DNA of 64,000 nucleotides from Macrostomum hystrix (taxonomy: Eukaryota; Animalia; Platyhelminthes): assembly GCA_950097015.1 (NCBI GenBank), contig CATNEN010000011.1:4650001-4714000 (forward strand), given 5' to 3'. The position numbers and the translations under genes were made by a program. How positions within the stretch are numbered: the first letter of the stretch is position 1; each line of letters opens with the position of its first letter. The notes below the pieces were generated by a model. That model ran no database searches. It was not told where the DNA came from and was given only the letters and a program-made list of their open reading frames with translations. Shown here piece after piece: positions 1-13,424 of the stretch.

Positions 1-1738
1 CAGCATAGCAGCCATAACTACAGCATAGCAGCCATAACTACAGCATAGCAGCCATAACTACAGCATAGCAGCCATAACTACAGCATAGCAGCCATAACTA
101 CAGCATAGCAGCCATAACTACAGCATAGCAGCCATAACTACAGCATAGCAGCCATAACTACAGCATAGCAGCCATAACTACAGCATAGCAGCCATAACTA
201 CAGCATAGCAGCCATAACTACAGCATAGCAGCCATAACTACAGCATAGCAGCCATAACTACAGCATAGCAGCCATAACTACAGCATAGCAGCCATAACTA
301 CAGCATAGCAGCCATAACTACAGCATAGCAACCACCATAACTACAGCATAGCAGCCATAACTACAGCATAGCAGCCATAACTACAGCATAGCAGCCATAA
401 CTACAGCATAGCAGCCATAACTACAGCATAGCAGCCATAACTACAGCATAGCAGCCATAACTACAGCATAGCAGCCATAACTACAGCATAGCAGCCATAA
501 CTACAGCATAGCAGCCATAACTACAGCATAGCAGCCATAACTACAGCATAGCAAGCCCATAACTACAGCATAGCAAGCCCATAACTACAGCATAGCAGCC
601 ATAACTACAGCATAGCAGCCATAACTACAGCATAGCAGCCATAACTACAGCATAGCAGCCATAACCTACAGCATAGCAGCCATAACTACAGCATAGCAGC
701 CATAACTACAGCATAGCAGCCATAACTACAGCATAGCAGCCATAACTACAGCATAGCAGCCATAACTACAGCATAGCAGCCATAACTACAGCATAGCAGC
801 CATAACTACAGCATAGCAGCCATAACTACAGCATAGCAGCCATAACTACAGCATAGCAGCCATAACTACAGCATAGCAGCCATAAACACAGCATAGCAGC
901 CATAACTACAGCGATAGCAGCCATAACTACAGCATAGCAGCCAAGATCCATAACTACAGCATAGCAGCCATAACTACAGCATAGTAGTCATAACCAGCAT
1001 AGCAGCCATAACCACAGCATAGCAGCCGTAACTACAGCATAGCAGCCATAACTACAGCATAGCAGCCATAACTACAGCATAGCAGCCATAACTACAGCAT
1101 AGCAGCCGTAACTACAGCATAGCAGCCATAACTACAGCATAGCAGCCATAACTACAGCATAGCAGCCATAACTACAGCATAGCAGCCATAACTACAGCAT
1201 AGCAGCCATAACTACAGCATAGCAGCCATAACTACAGCATAGCAGCCATAACTACAGCATAGCAGCCATAACTACAGCATAGCAGCCATAACAACAGCAT
1301 AGCAGCCATAACTACAGCATAGCAGCCATAACTACAGCATAGTAGTCATAACCAGCATAGCAGCCATAACTACAGCATAGCAGCCATAACTACAGCATAG
1401 CAGCCATAACTACAGCATAGCAGCCATAACTACAGCATAGCAGCCATAACTACAGCATAGCAGCCGTAACTACAGCATAGCAGCCATAACTACAGCATAG
1501 CAGCCATAACTACAGCATAGCAGCCATAACTACAGCATAGCAGCCATAACTACAGCATAGCAGCCATAACTACAGCATAGCAGCCATAACTACAGCATAG
1601 CAGCCATAACTACAGCATAGCAGTCGTAACTACAGCATAGCAGCCATAACTACAGCATAGCAGCCATAACTACAGCATAGCAGCCATAACTACAGCATAG
1701 CAGCCATAACTACAGCATAGCAGTCATAACCAGCATAG
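1..1738. repeat. 20-nt minisatellite (CAGCATAGCAGCCATAACTA)n, probably inside an FNDC3 intron
   Basis: Near-perfect 20-nt tandem units from base 1 to ~1738, ending ~100 nt before the acceptor at 1837-1838. Confidence 0.97.
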
Positions 1739-1838
1739 GAGACACCGTAACCATAGCCTAACAACCGCCCAAAACTGCCGCAAAACATTACTTGTTTCTA
1801 GATTATAATACGAGTATAAAAGGTCTAAAAAAATTTAG

Positions 1839-4800
1839 ATTGAAGCCGGCCCGTCTGTCAATCGCTGCTGTGTGCCGGCAGATCAGCGAGAATTCGACGC
1901 CGCCAATTGGCTACCAGCTGGTAGGCGTCACTCAGTCACCGTTCGGGCACGCTCTGAGGCCGGATTGTCCGATCCAAGCGAGCCGCTGATTGTCACGGTG
2001 CCAGCTCCGCCGGGACCTCCTGGCCCGCCGAGGCTGCGCGGACCGCCTAGGAATGGCGAATTCCGATTGGCCTGGTCCGAGCCGACCAATGACGGCGGAG
2101 CGTCTGTGACTGGCTACGAGACTAGGCTTAGACTTGAAGGTGCTTTGTTGTTCATATTTTAATGTTTTACTTGCCAGAAATACTTGGGGAGTTTAAAAGT
2201 AATAGTAATAGTTCTACACTTTCAAATAAACTGCAGTTTTTTTCTAAGAAATGAGACATTTCTAATAAAAAATAAGCCAGTTTCTTAGAAAAATATAATA
2301 TTTCTAGGAAATAATAAGAACATTTTCTAGGAAATAATTAAAAACTTTCTAAGCCATTATTAAACATTTTCTATGAAATAATGTGACACTGGCTAGGAAA
2401 TGATTGGATTACTTTCTAAGAAATGATAGGACACTTTCTAAGATACTTTGGACACTTTCTAAGTAACTTGGAACTTTCTAAAAAGTTATAGTATCGCTTA
2501 TTATTGTCTAAAAAACTTTTCTTCACGTGACACAGAGGACTCGAGCGCGTCGGGAAATCAGTCAATCACAACAGCCAGCGTAACGCCGCACTGCTCAGTT
2601 GCTGGCCTGTTGCCGGGCGGTGTCTACATTGTGTCTGTTCGAGCATTGAATTTAGCCGGCTTCGGTCCCTGGTCCAGCCGACTCAGGGCTGTCTGCGGAC
2701 CGCCGCTGCCGATGGCGCCGCCGGCTCCGTCTGTGTCGTTGGCTGCACCATCAACCGACGATTTAATAATTGACGCGCTGGAGGCTGCCAAAGATGAGTT
2801 CAACGAATCACCAAGGATCTCGGCCATTGTTAGTTGGGAATCGCCGAAACAGCAGCAGCAGCAGCAGCAGACATCAGTTGCATCACTGCTTCCGTTGATG
2901 CCTTCTGCTTCTAGTGCAGTGATTGAATATCGATTGGAAGGCCGCATGGAGCCAACACCCATCTCTGTTATTAGTCCCCACTACGAGATTGGCGCCGAAC
3001 CCGATGCTGAGGAGGCTGATAAGAAGAATAAAACCCGGGAAGTGACAGACGCAGAAGAATATCGAATTGTAAGCATGAGTTTTGTGGCATGACTGATGTT
3101 TTGTTGGTCTGTGAAATCTTTAAAGTTTATAAAATGCAATTTGACTACTTAGAGTAGCGCGACACAAAATTAATGTACCTTTTTGGAAAGGATAACGAAA
3201 GAATAAAATGAATTAAAATAATATTATTTTTTTAGGATAAAGAAATATTTAAAATCCTCTAAAAAGCAAATTAAACTTTACAAGTGTTTATTAATAAATA
3301 AAGAGTTTTGTTTATAAAAAATTTCATAAGCTGTTCTACACTAAAACACACGTTTGTTCAATTTTAGGCGCCTAGCATGTAAGGCAATACGAAAACTATG
3401 AGTCCTGTTTCAGAATGTGAAACAGTTAAGGGTATAAATACCAAGACCAACATAGAGTTAACTGTGCAGTGAGAAAGGAGAGAAGATTGGCATCTCCCCT
3501 GCGCAAGGACGGAATTAATACCTCGGGTTTTGACCCGAAAGGCAATAATAATACGTTTTTTTGTAATTCCAAGTAAAACGATAACGAACAGAGTAAGTGT
3601 CAAAAATGTATATTTTTTAGGTGCCTATTATTCTTATTTGTTATGTTATCGACGGGACTTAGTAAATATAATTCCTTTTGCAGAATGCTCATAAATATAA
3701 AAATAGTCGAGCTAATTCTTTCTCTACGTAAATTTTTCAGCTTTACACTGGCGAACTTCTCTCATTCAAAGTAAAAGATCTACCACCAGCGACAAATTAC
3801 AGCTTTAGAGTGCAGGTAAATTATTGTTCTATGTATTTTTACTACAGGCTAACAGTGACACATATAAACCATTCTCACGTATCCGTACTGATAGATAAGC
3901 ATAGATAAACAAAGTTATTTACGCATCTTTGGGTATCCTGAATCCATGTAAGTCACACTAATGCAAAAAAACAAGTTGGAAAAAAGGGTTTTGCATGCAT
4001 ATTTTACAAAACAGCAGATATCAGAAATTAAGCTTTTTAATATGGTCGAATTAGAATCCTTTGTTTTTTATATAAATTTTGTTAAGCAGTCAAAATTAAA
4101 AAAGCTCTTTGATGAATTTCTTTTTTGCCGATATGTATCGAAAAACGCATAATCACTCCGACCATTCAAGGCTGTAAACATCTCCGGAGCCGGCGCATTC
4201 TCCCAGCCGACCATTTTAACAACGCCAGCCGCACCGCCCGGCCCAGTGGAAGCTGTGCGTCAATCCGGTGCACAGGTGGCTGGTCTGACGGTCGCATGGC
4301 AACCACCGTCAGCAACAAACGGTGCACCCGTAACTGGCTACGAAATTTTCCTTTGCCAATTATCCGATGCTGGCAACAGCGCTTCGTCTGTCGTTGAGCC
4401 GACTGTCCGCGCCGGTCCAGACCAGACGGAAGCCACCATTGGCAATTTGCTGTCGGATTGTCGCTACGAGGTTCGAGTTCGGGCAGTCAACGTGGCAGGC
4501 CCAGGGCGATTCTGTCGACCTGCTTTGCGGGCCGGCACCCTGTGCCAGCCGCCACCGCGCATTGAATGCCTACCCTGTGGCGGCGGCGTCATCGGCGGCT
4601 CCTCGGCCTTCTCGTCCGCCGTCCGTCTGCGCTGGGCCCCGGCAGCGTCGGGCAATCTGGCGAGCGTCTGCCCAGGGGACTCGGCAGCGCCACACTATCA
4701 GGTTTAGAATCCCAAATCCCAATCAGAATCCCGATCCCAAAGGTAGCGAGTGGCCGAGCGAATTAACTAGCACTGGTAGCTTATGGTAGCTTCTGGAAGC

Positions 4801-7800
4801 TTCTGACAGCTTCTGGTAGCTTCTGGTAGCTTCTGGTTGCTTCTTGTAGCTTATGGTCGCTTCTGGAAGCTTCTGACAGCTTCTGGTAGCTTCTGGTAGC
4901 TTCTGGTTGCTTCTTGTAGCTTATGGTCGCTTCTGGAAGCTTCTGACAGCTTCTGGTAGCTTCTGGTAGCTTCTGGTTGCTTCTGGTAGCTTCGGGTAGC
5001 TTCTAGTTGCTTCTGGTAGATTCTGGTAGCTTCTGCTAGATTTTGGAAGCTTCTGGTTGCTTCTGGTCGCTTCTGGTTGCTTCTGGTAGCTTCTGAGAGC
5101 TTCTGGTAGCTTCTGAGAGCTTGGGCTTGGGAGGGGGGCTTGAATTCCACTCCCTGACAGCTTCTGGTAGCTTCTTGTAGATTATGGTAGCGTCTGGTAG
5201 CTTCTGATAGCCTCTGGTAGCTTTTGGTAGCATTGGTAAGCTTCTGAAAGCGTTTGATAGCTTATGATAGCTTCTGGTAGCTTCTAGTAAATTATTGTAG
5301 CTTCTGGTAGCTTCGGGTAGCTTCGGGTAGCTTCGGGTAGCTTCTAGTTGCTTCGGGTAGCATCTAGTTGCTTCTGGTAGATTATGGTAGCTTCTGCTAG
5401 ATTTTGGAAGCTTCTGGTAGCTTCTGGTTGCTTCTGGTAGCTTCTGGTTGCTTCTGGTAGCTTCTGAGAGCTTGGGCTTGGGAGGGGGCTTGACTTCCAC
5501 TCCCACTGGCTGGCTACTGTCAAAGAGTTTTCCAGTGCTCCTGTTATTAATATCCCAATCCTAAAACATCTCCACTCCAGGTGGAAATGGCCGCCGGCTT
5601 CGATGAAGAAACCTCAGCGCCGACCTCGCCCTGGCAGCTGGTGTACCAGGGCGCCGGCCATTGCGCCAGAGTCGGCCGACTCGCGGAACTGACCGCCTAT
5701 CAGTTCAGGGTGCGCGCCGTCAATTTCGCCGGCGCTGGACCCTACGGTCCGCCGGCCCGCCTGACCACTGGCAGGGCGCCGCCCCCTGCGCCTCGACCGC
5801 CCCGAATCGCCGAGTTGTCCGGCACCGCCTGCCGCGTCGATTGGACAATGCCAGCCAATGCTCAAGCTTCTGCTGCTGCTGCTGCTGCTTCTTCGTTCGA
5901 TACGACGGTTGCGCCGTCGTATATACTGCAACTGCTGCTGGTTGGTGACTGGGGTTCCGACTATCGACAGGTGAGAGACTGTGAAACTGGTTATCGGAAA
6001 TTTTCTTTCGCAATGTGTGCTGAGTTTCGAACCCCTGACCTCTCCAGTTTGGAGAATCCGATGCTCTTAGTACTGCGCTACTTCTATAGCTGGACCTGAC
6101 CCAAGTAGCATTTTTAATGAAATTTTTCCATAAACATTTGATGCATCCTACTCGTAAGTAGTTTGAATATCAGAACAATCAGAATGTTCAAAAGTAAATC
6201 GATTAATTTCATCGACTGCCAAGAAACAGCTGTCAAGAAAGCCACGATACAGAGGCTTGACCTGCACACGTTATTCGATTATTTGATTATAATTCCTTGC
6301 CTTTAGGCCTAACAATTTCAGACCCATCTGCCCGATTTTCCTGTCTGCTAGTGTGTGTATTCATTCATTCCCAGACTTGACTTGACGCTAATCTCGTTAA
6401 AGTCTCTTTAGATTTCCCTGTGGAATTATGGAAGTGCTTTTTGAAAGGTGATAAATTTGGATTGTTAGAATCTGCTGGAACCCACCTGCACTACTTGGAT
6501 TTCTGCTGAAAACTGTCTGCAGACAGCAATGAGAGCACCAGGTGTGGTTCTTGTGGGTGGCTCTGTCTGGCTGACTGATTGACTTAACTGACGAAGTTAA
6601 ATTATCTAAGAAGTACAATTATGGAAGCCTGGTTACTAAAAATCCATCCCACATCTATCTACCCATCCATCCCACATCTATCCCACATCTATCTACCCAT
6701 CCCTCCTACATCTATCCCACGTCTATCTACCCATCCATCTCACATCTATCTACCCATCCATCTCACATATATCTACTCATCCATCCCACATCTATCCCAC
6801 ATCTATCTACCCATCCATCCCACATCTATCTACCCATCCATCCCACATCTATCTACCCATCCATCCCACATCTATCTACCCATCCATCCCACATCCATCC
6901 CACCTCTATCTACCCATCCATCCCACATCTATCTACCCATCCATCCCACATCTATCTACTCATCTATCCCACCTCTATCTACCCATCTATTCCACCTCTA
7001 TCTACCCATCCATCCCACTTCTATCTACCCATCCATCCCACATCTATCCCACATCTATCTACCCATCCATCCCACATCTATCCCACATTTATCTACCTAT
7101 CCATCCCACATCTATCTACCCATCCATCCCACCTCTATCTACCCATCCACCCCACATCTATCTACCCATCCATCCCACATCTATCTACCCATCCATCCCA
7201 CATCTATCTACCCATCCATCCCATATCTATCTACCCATCTATCCCACATCTATCTACTCATCCATCCCACTTCTCTGTACTTGAATTTTCCGTAAAATCT
7301 TGCCAAAGATTTGTTACTTAAAATTTAGTTAAAATGTACTATGTACCAACATATTATCCATTGCTAATCTTGTGAACTTTAGCAGTCTAAAATTACCTAC
7401 TGTAAAGCACTGTAAAGCACTCTACAGCCTGAGTGTACCTATAGTTTAATGTTATTTTTTTTTCAATGAATTTGAAAATGTCATTCACACTTTCTTTTAT
7501 TGTCAGCCCCTTCTAATGTCACAAGCCCAGTGGATGAATAATAAGTTTCATTATCTATAGTCCGGATTAAAGGTAATTTATTATGTTAAAAAGGGTTCTA
7601 CATACTCGTAGTTACAGTGTTACCAAATGAGGTGCCATTGCAGAGCCATCATTCCCAAATCAATACATTTTCCTTTCAACCGCGGCGTGTCTCTCAGGTG
7701 TACAAAGGCACTGACTCATCGTGCCACCTTGGCTGCCTAAGACCAGGCGCAGAGTATCGGGTCCGCGTAGCAGCAATTCGCCGATGCCCAGATACTCAGG

Positions 7801-8051
7801 AGGATCTGATTGGATCATTCTCGCATCCGACTACATTCGTGGCGAAGTCACCAGCTCAAAGCGGCTACGGTGGCTCGTCGGCGTTCTCTCGTCGAGCTGC
7901 TGGCGCCTCGGCGCCACTGTCCGAGGCTTTGTGCAGCGCCAATCGGGTGGCCTGGACAGAGCGTCGAGTTGCTGCCGCGATTTTGGTCGCCTTCGCCCTA
8001 CTGGCAGTCGCCGCTTCACTCCTGTTACGAAGATTGGTCACCACCGACTAA
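1839..8051 (+). CDS. FNDC3: FNDC3-like multi-fibronectin type III tail-anchored protein, 3' portion (6 exons; 5' part lies before the window)
   Basis: GT-AG exons with consistent phases: 1839-2139, 2536-3068, 3741-3815, 4171-4701, 5581-5970, 7698-8051 (727 aa + TAA). Repeated FN3 motifs (PGPP..L..W..P..DGG..VTGY; YxFRVxAVNxAGxG). The last domain [20 protein letters not shown] resembles the FNDC3A/B last repeat and is followed by a C-terminal TM helix ([20 protein letters not shown]). Confidence 0.88.
4770..5505. repeat. 10-nt minisatellite (GCTTCTGGTA)n with higher-order duplications, FNDC3 intron
   Basis: Degenerate 10-mers. The block GAGAGCTTGGGCTTGGGAGGGGG.CTTGA.TTCCACTCCC occurs twice (~5115 and ~5466). 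Confidence 0.95.
6021..6085 (-). mobile_element. tRNA-like SINE head fragment
   Basis: Reverse complement reads GTAGCGCAGTACTAAGAGCATCGGATTCTCC...AGGTCAGGGGTTCGAAACTC, with A-box-like and B-box-like motifs similar to the SINE heads at 16460 and 50590. Confidence 0.5.
6645..7270. repeat. 23-nt minisatellite (CCCACATCTATCTACCCATCCAT)n, FNDC3 last intron
   Basis: Tandem 23-nt units with 11-nt subunits; explains ORF 6621-7295. Confidence 0.95.
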
Positions 8052-9952
8052 GGTCGAGCCGCTTTAAAGCTTCCAAAAAATATTTCTCTTCGCTTTTAGT
8101 TGTTCTTTCTGAACTATTCACCGCTGGTAAAAAATTCGCAGGTCAAAAAAATCTGCATGTACATCAGTCGGCTTTACCCAGACTTCACTACAGCGTACAA
8201 TTTAGGTTCCAAATTTACGGCCGCTAGCCATGCCCGTCTTAGTGTACGCTGCAGGTTAGAATTAGATTCAACACTGAATGTACATTCCAGGGATAGACGA
8301 AAACTCTCTCTAGTCTGACCAGCCATGTACATTTCAGGACTGTTTTAATCAGTCCGCAGCTAGGTTCTGCTTTAAGATAAATTAATTAGTGAAGCCATTA
8401 TTTAACGGAGTCGTATAATCTTTTTTTCTTTGTTCCAAATTTGCTTCTGTCGATCGAATTGAAAGGGCAATTATTTTTTCTGGCAGGTGTTGGTCTAAAT
8501 AGAGCTACATCGCCATTTTTACGCCAGTTCTGATCAATCAGATGTCACATTTTATTTGCCACTTTTCTCTAACCTTATGTCTGGTTTCTCATAAAAATTT
8601 TCCAGTTGTTTTATCGAATTGGTTGAATCTAGTTTTATCATTCGTAACAAAATCAATCAGATTTCGTAACTATTTCAAACCAGAATTCGTACCGCTATAC
8701 TATGGGCTTGTGGTTTCCTGTTTTTATTGTATTTTCCCTTTTTGCGTTGTGCGAGAAAGGTTAAATGTGTTATAATGATTATTACTACGTAGTTTTATTA
8801 TTTGTTGTACATCGTATTGCCATTAATTAAACAAATTAAAATCCCTGATTTTAATTGTACTGTCTTGTAGCTTCAGGTCATATTTTTTTTAAAACTGTAC
8901 ATTAAAAGAAATGTATTCTAAGTTTATTTTTGTGTCGTACTTTTTGTCCGTGTGTTAAGTTATTGTTTAATTTTTGTTCAAGGATTGAAAAGCCTTCGAA
9001 ACAATCGTGATAAAAATTTGATTTTAGATAAATATTAATCAAGACTACGAGTTTATTAAAGTCTTGAGAATGTTGAGAAATGTAAAGACTTTGTTTATTT
9101 TAAGAAATTAATCTACTTTGTTTTACCGCACTAAACTGTGATTTTTCAGCTTTAATTTTATTACTCCGTTTCGTGTCTTTGTGGATCTAGTTGTTTAAAT
9201 CTAGTCTTCGTGTATCTTACTGACAGAAAATTCACACGCCACACGCAGCTGCAGTCGAAATTGGCCGGTAGAATTTTTGTCTTCTGCCTCATTGTTTTCC
9301 ATTTTTGTTCGAACTCGTATATATTATCTGTTCAGTGGTAAAGCAATTTTTGTATATCATGGTAACTTTTGAATTAGTATATTTTGATTGTATCACTTTC
9401 CAACAGTTATCGAGCCGGAGGTCTTTTTGACGAGGCCATTTTGCCATTCTTTGTGGTTATTTGCAGGTGTCCAAGCCTTTTTTCTCTCGCGCTTTTGTTG
9501 TCATAGTCGTTGTTTCAACAGTTATTCTTCAAAGCTTTTACTTTTCTCTGACCAGAATTTTTTCCAATCTATTTTTTTTCGCTGTTGTAAGCTCTGTGTT
9601 TGACACAGTAGTTTGTTAAAATGAGCATAAAAAATTAAGAGTTGTTGTTTTTTGACTGTTGTCTAATCGTTTATTTTTGCGGATGTTTTGTCTGTGGCAT
9701 TTTATCCCATATTTTAAGATCTACTGTTTATTTACTCTTAAAAAAATTAATTTCCTGTTTTTAACATTCTTAATGCCCTCTTGTAGATGTTTATACAAAT
9801 GCGAATATTCTTTAGGCACGGTTTAGTTTTTCACGATGGAAGAAATTTCATTCGCTCACTTGATCGCAAAGTGTACATGTAAAATAACAAATATCAGTCA
9901 TAAGCGAGAAAACAATGTTTAGCTACTACGATTGTGTGTACGTTTGTGGAAA

Positions 9953-10578
9953 TTTTTGGGTCTGAGGTTCGCTTGGTGTGTACGCATTTGGGGGCAGAGG
10001 TTCGCTTGGTGTGTGCGTACATTTGGGGCAGAGGTTCGTTTGGTGTGTGCGTACATTTGGGGGCACAGGTTCGCTTGGTGTGTGCGTACATTTGGGGGCA
10101 GAGGTTCATTTGGATTGTGCGTACATTTGGGGGGGCAGAGGTTCGCTTGGTGTGCGTACTTTTGGGGGCAGAGGTTCGCTTGGTGTGTGCGTACATTTGG
10201 GGGCAGAGGTTCATTTGGATTGTGCGTACATTTGGGGGGCAGAGGTTCGCTTGGTGTGCGTACTTTTGGGGGCAGAGGTTCGCTTGGTGTGTGCGTACAT
10301 TTGGGGCAGAGGTTCGTTTGGTGTGTGCGTACATTTGGGGGCAGAGGTTCATTTGGATTGTGCGTACATTTGGGGGGCAGAGGTTCGCTTGGTGTGCGTA
10401 CTTTTGGGGGCAGAGGTTCGCTTGGTGTGTGCGTACATTTGGGGCAGAGGTTCGTTTGGTGTGTGCGTACATTTGGGGGCAGAGGTTCGCTTGGTGTGTG
10501 CGTACATTTGGGGGGCAGAGGTTCGCTTGGTGTGTGCGTATATTTGGGGGCAGAGGTTCGCTTGGTGTGTGCGTACAC
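9953..10578. repeat. ~33-36-nt G-rich minisatellite (GGGGCAGAGGTTCGCTTGGTGTGTGCGTACATTTG)n
   Basis: Tandem units; accounts for the five overlapping repetitive ORFs at 9894-10660. Confidence 0.96.
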
Positions 10579-11274
10579 TAGATTGTGGTGGTTTCTGCAG
10601 TGCTTGTCCACGTTTTCGAAGTTATTTGTTCATCAATACCAAAGTATAAAATCCCTTTAAAATGTACTGTACTAAATTGTACCTTTTTCAACCGCGCCTG
10701 CTGCCTCTATGCAAAGCTTGATATCGCTTGATAGCAAAGCTTGTCGCAGTAACTTCTAATCTATTATCGAACAGTCAATTCAACTCAATCTTAATACACA
10801 ATGAGCTGACTGGCGCACTCTTACCCTCTTATTTTGGTGTTGTGGCTGTAATGGTAATGGTTGTTATAGTGTTTGTGATGCTAAGAGCTTTATGTTGTCA
10901 ATTTTATAGTTCCATTTCATAAAAAAAATTTTATTTGTTTCTTTATTTCGTGCATTTCCATACACAGAGCTGGAAACACTCACCCAAGAAACCTTCCTAA
11001 TTTAGAGTGAAGAAAAGAAAGTTTATTGTTAAATAGGCGCATGGTACAAACCCTTCTCTGTACATTTGTTTTATTCACCGTTTTCGGTTGTTTTATAGTT
11101 ATAACTCAGCTTCATTCACACCCGTGTTTATGAGTTGTTTCGATTATAATTAATGTGTTTTTGTGAAAAAATTATTTCGTTTTTTGTTTAAATGTTACGT
11201 CTTTCTGTCGACTGTGATCAAGGCAAATCAGATCGGAGTGTCCAAAATTTTGTGCCAGTTTGGAAATAAATCGT

Positions 11275-11385
11275 GACACACGCACAGGTGTGCACGCAAG
11301 TGGTTTACGCGCACAGGTGTACACGCAGTCGTGTACGCGCACAGGTGTCCACGCAGTCGTTACGCGCACAGGTGCACACGCGTGT
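11275..11385. repeat. Short ~29-nt tandem repeat (ACGCGCACAGGTGTACACGCAGTCGTGT-like)
   Basis: About four degenerate copies. Confidence 0.75.
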
Positions 11386-13424
11386 TCTGATCATACAAAA
11401 GCGTCACATCTGCCACGATATTGTGGGTTGACCCACAATATCATTAATAAGGGTTAATTAGGCACTTTAAAAGCTGATACTCGAGAGCTAAAATGAGTTT
11501 TAGTGCAATTAAAACGAAACATGTTTCGGATGACCGATCGTTCCGATACATTCTGAGGTTACAGAACCTATACGGTAGTGTTTTTTGCGGCAATTCCAAC
11601 TATTGTATATGAATATTTTATGTCGTTTCAAGTACTTTTAGTTTTATTTCTGTGGCATAGCCTGGTCCCATTGTGTCTTTGTGTGTGATTTGTTAACACG
11701 TTTTATGTGTTATTTCTATTATTTCCTTTTCGGTCGCGTGGTTGCACGCATATATTTATATGTTTATTGTCTATCGGTATTGTTGATTACAAGTAATTTG
11801 ATGACGTTAGTAAATATACACTATATCTAATGTTTTATTCAATATTATATTTGTGCAGCTATATTAATCACGTTTGTGTTTGCGAATAATCTTATTTGAA
11901 TTGATAACATTTTATTTATTTTAACTTTACTTTCGAGTTTAAGGAAGGAATTGGAATCAACCATTTACGATAGGTGAAATAGATAATGTACAGCAGCAAC
12001 TATATCTCTTCTTTTCATTTTCCTTAGCTTGTCGGTGAGTCTATTATCCCTGCTTTCAGCAGTCTCCTGTTCATTTTGGAGTTGCTATCTACAAAACCTT
12101 GCTCACGAAGGCTATAGAAGCGAGCTTTTGTTCAAATGCCGCATTGTTTAGGGGAAAAATGCACTTAACCTCAGCAAAAAATAAGACAGACTTTTAAAAG
12201 AGGATCGGGAAAAAATTCTAAGGCAAAAAACGTAGAATTCATTCACCGATTCACTCTGCGTTTCTTCGGGAGACAATAAAAAGCCTGCAGGATTCGCTCC
12301 ACTGCGCAACACTTTTCAAAGAGGCACGTGCTAATGTACAGAACGTGGGGCTGCTTTTATGCTAATTTCTGCAGCTAGAAAAATTGCTTCCCTCATAAAA
12401 TCAAATTTGCATGTTAATCTTTATGCTTATTTTGTGACTTTCAATTCAAAACGGCGTCGAACATAGATCGATAATTAAAGAATGAAGAAATCATTTCTAA
12501 TGAGTTCTCTGTTGCTAAAGAGCAATTCACGATGACAAAATTCACGGATTTAATATAATATAAAGATAGCTCAGTGTTTATTAGGAAAGCGAATGGGCAG
12601 GAACAGATATATGAAAAAACTGGAGTATAGTATAATCTGTTTTAATAAAACCTTTGAATTTTGCTTTAACAATGTGAGTGCACTAGCTATATTACTGGAT
12701 CAAGAAAAAATTTCCACTTAAAATTACACATGAAATTTAAGAATAGCAATATAACTTACCAAGTTTAGAAAGGTAATTTGTCATTTAATTTTTAATGTAA
12801 CTCGTAATTAAACTACTTAATAAAAAATTTTGTAACAGAAAACACGGCCATGCACGTATATAAAAACGTCGTTAATCAAACACGAGTAAAGTATTTACAG
12901 TGAGTAAGAAAAACAATTTAGATTTTCGTCAATTATTAGCATGGATTACACAATGACAACGGGAAAATTTAATTATAAAACAGGTAAGTTTGTGCAGATA
13001 AGTTTGTCATTTTTACACAACACTTTAATGCTGACAAATAAACATCGAAAGTTATAAATATTTGCAGTTAGACATTGAAATTATTGCTGAATTTTCTCAA
13101 TTACACGGCCGGTATGCTAATTAACATGAAAGCAGGAAACAAAACATATAAACAAAAAACTTGAATACAGACGTCGAGTTTTTAGTCAACTCTATTCTCA
13201 TGTCAATGAAATGAAATGAGACAATCAAAGATGTCAATCAATGCGACGCACAATTACTTTTTTCTTTATAAAGTTTAACTCTGTGAATGGTTTGAAAAGT
13301 GCACATATTATCCGAACTTTAAATATAAACAAATGAAAACCTAATAGCAGGAGTAAAATCATCCAAAAAAGTTGAAGTTGCAAGTAAATCTTTTATTATC
13401 TCGTCAGTTTTAAGTGTGTCTTCA

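Noticed and set aside
1-1738. Regular repeat arrays as CRISPR
   Set aside because: Units are directly adjacent with no unique spacers, there are no cas genes, and the context is eukaryotic. The same applies to all arrays in the window.
9894-10660. Five overlapping 190-240 aa ORFs
   Set aside because: All are translations of one minisatellite on both strands.
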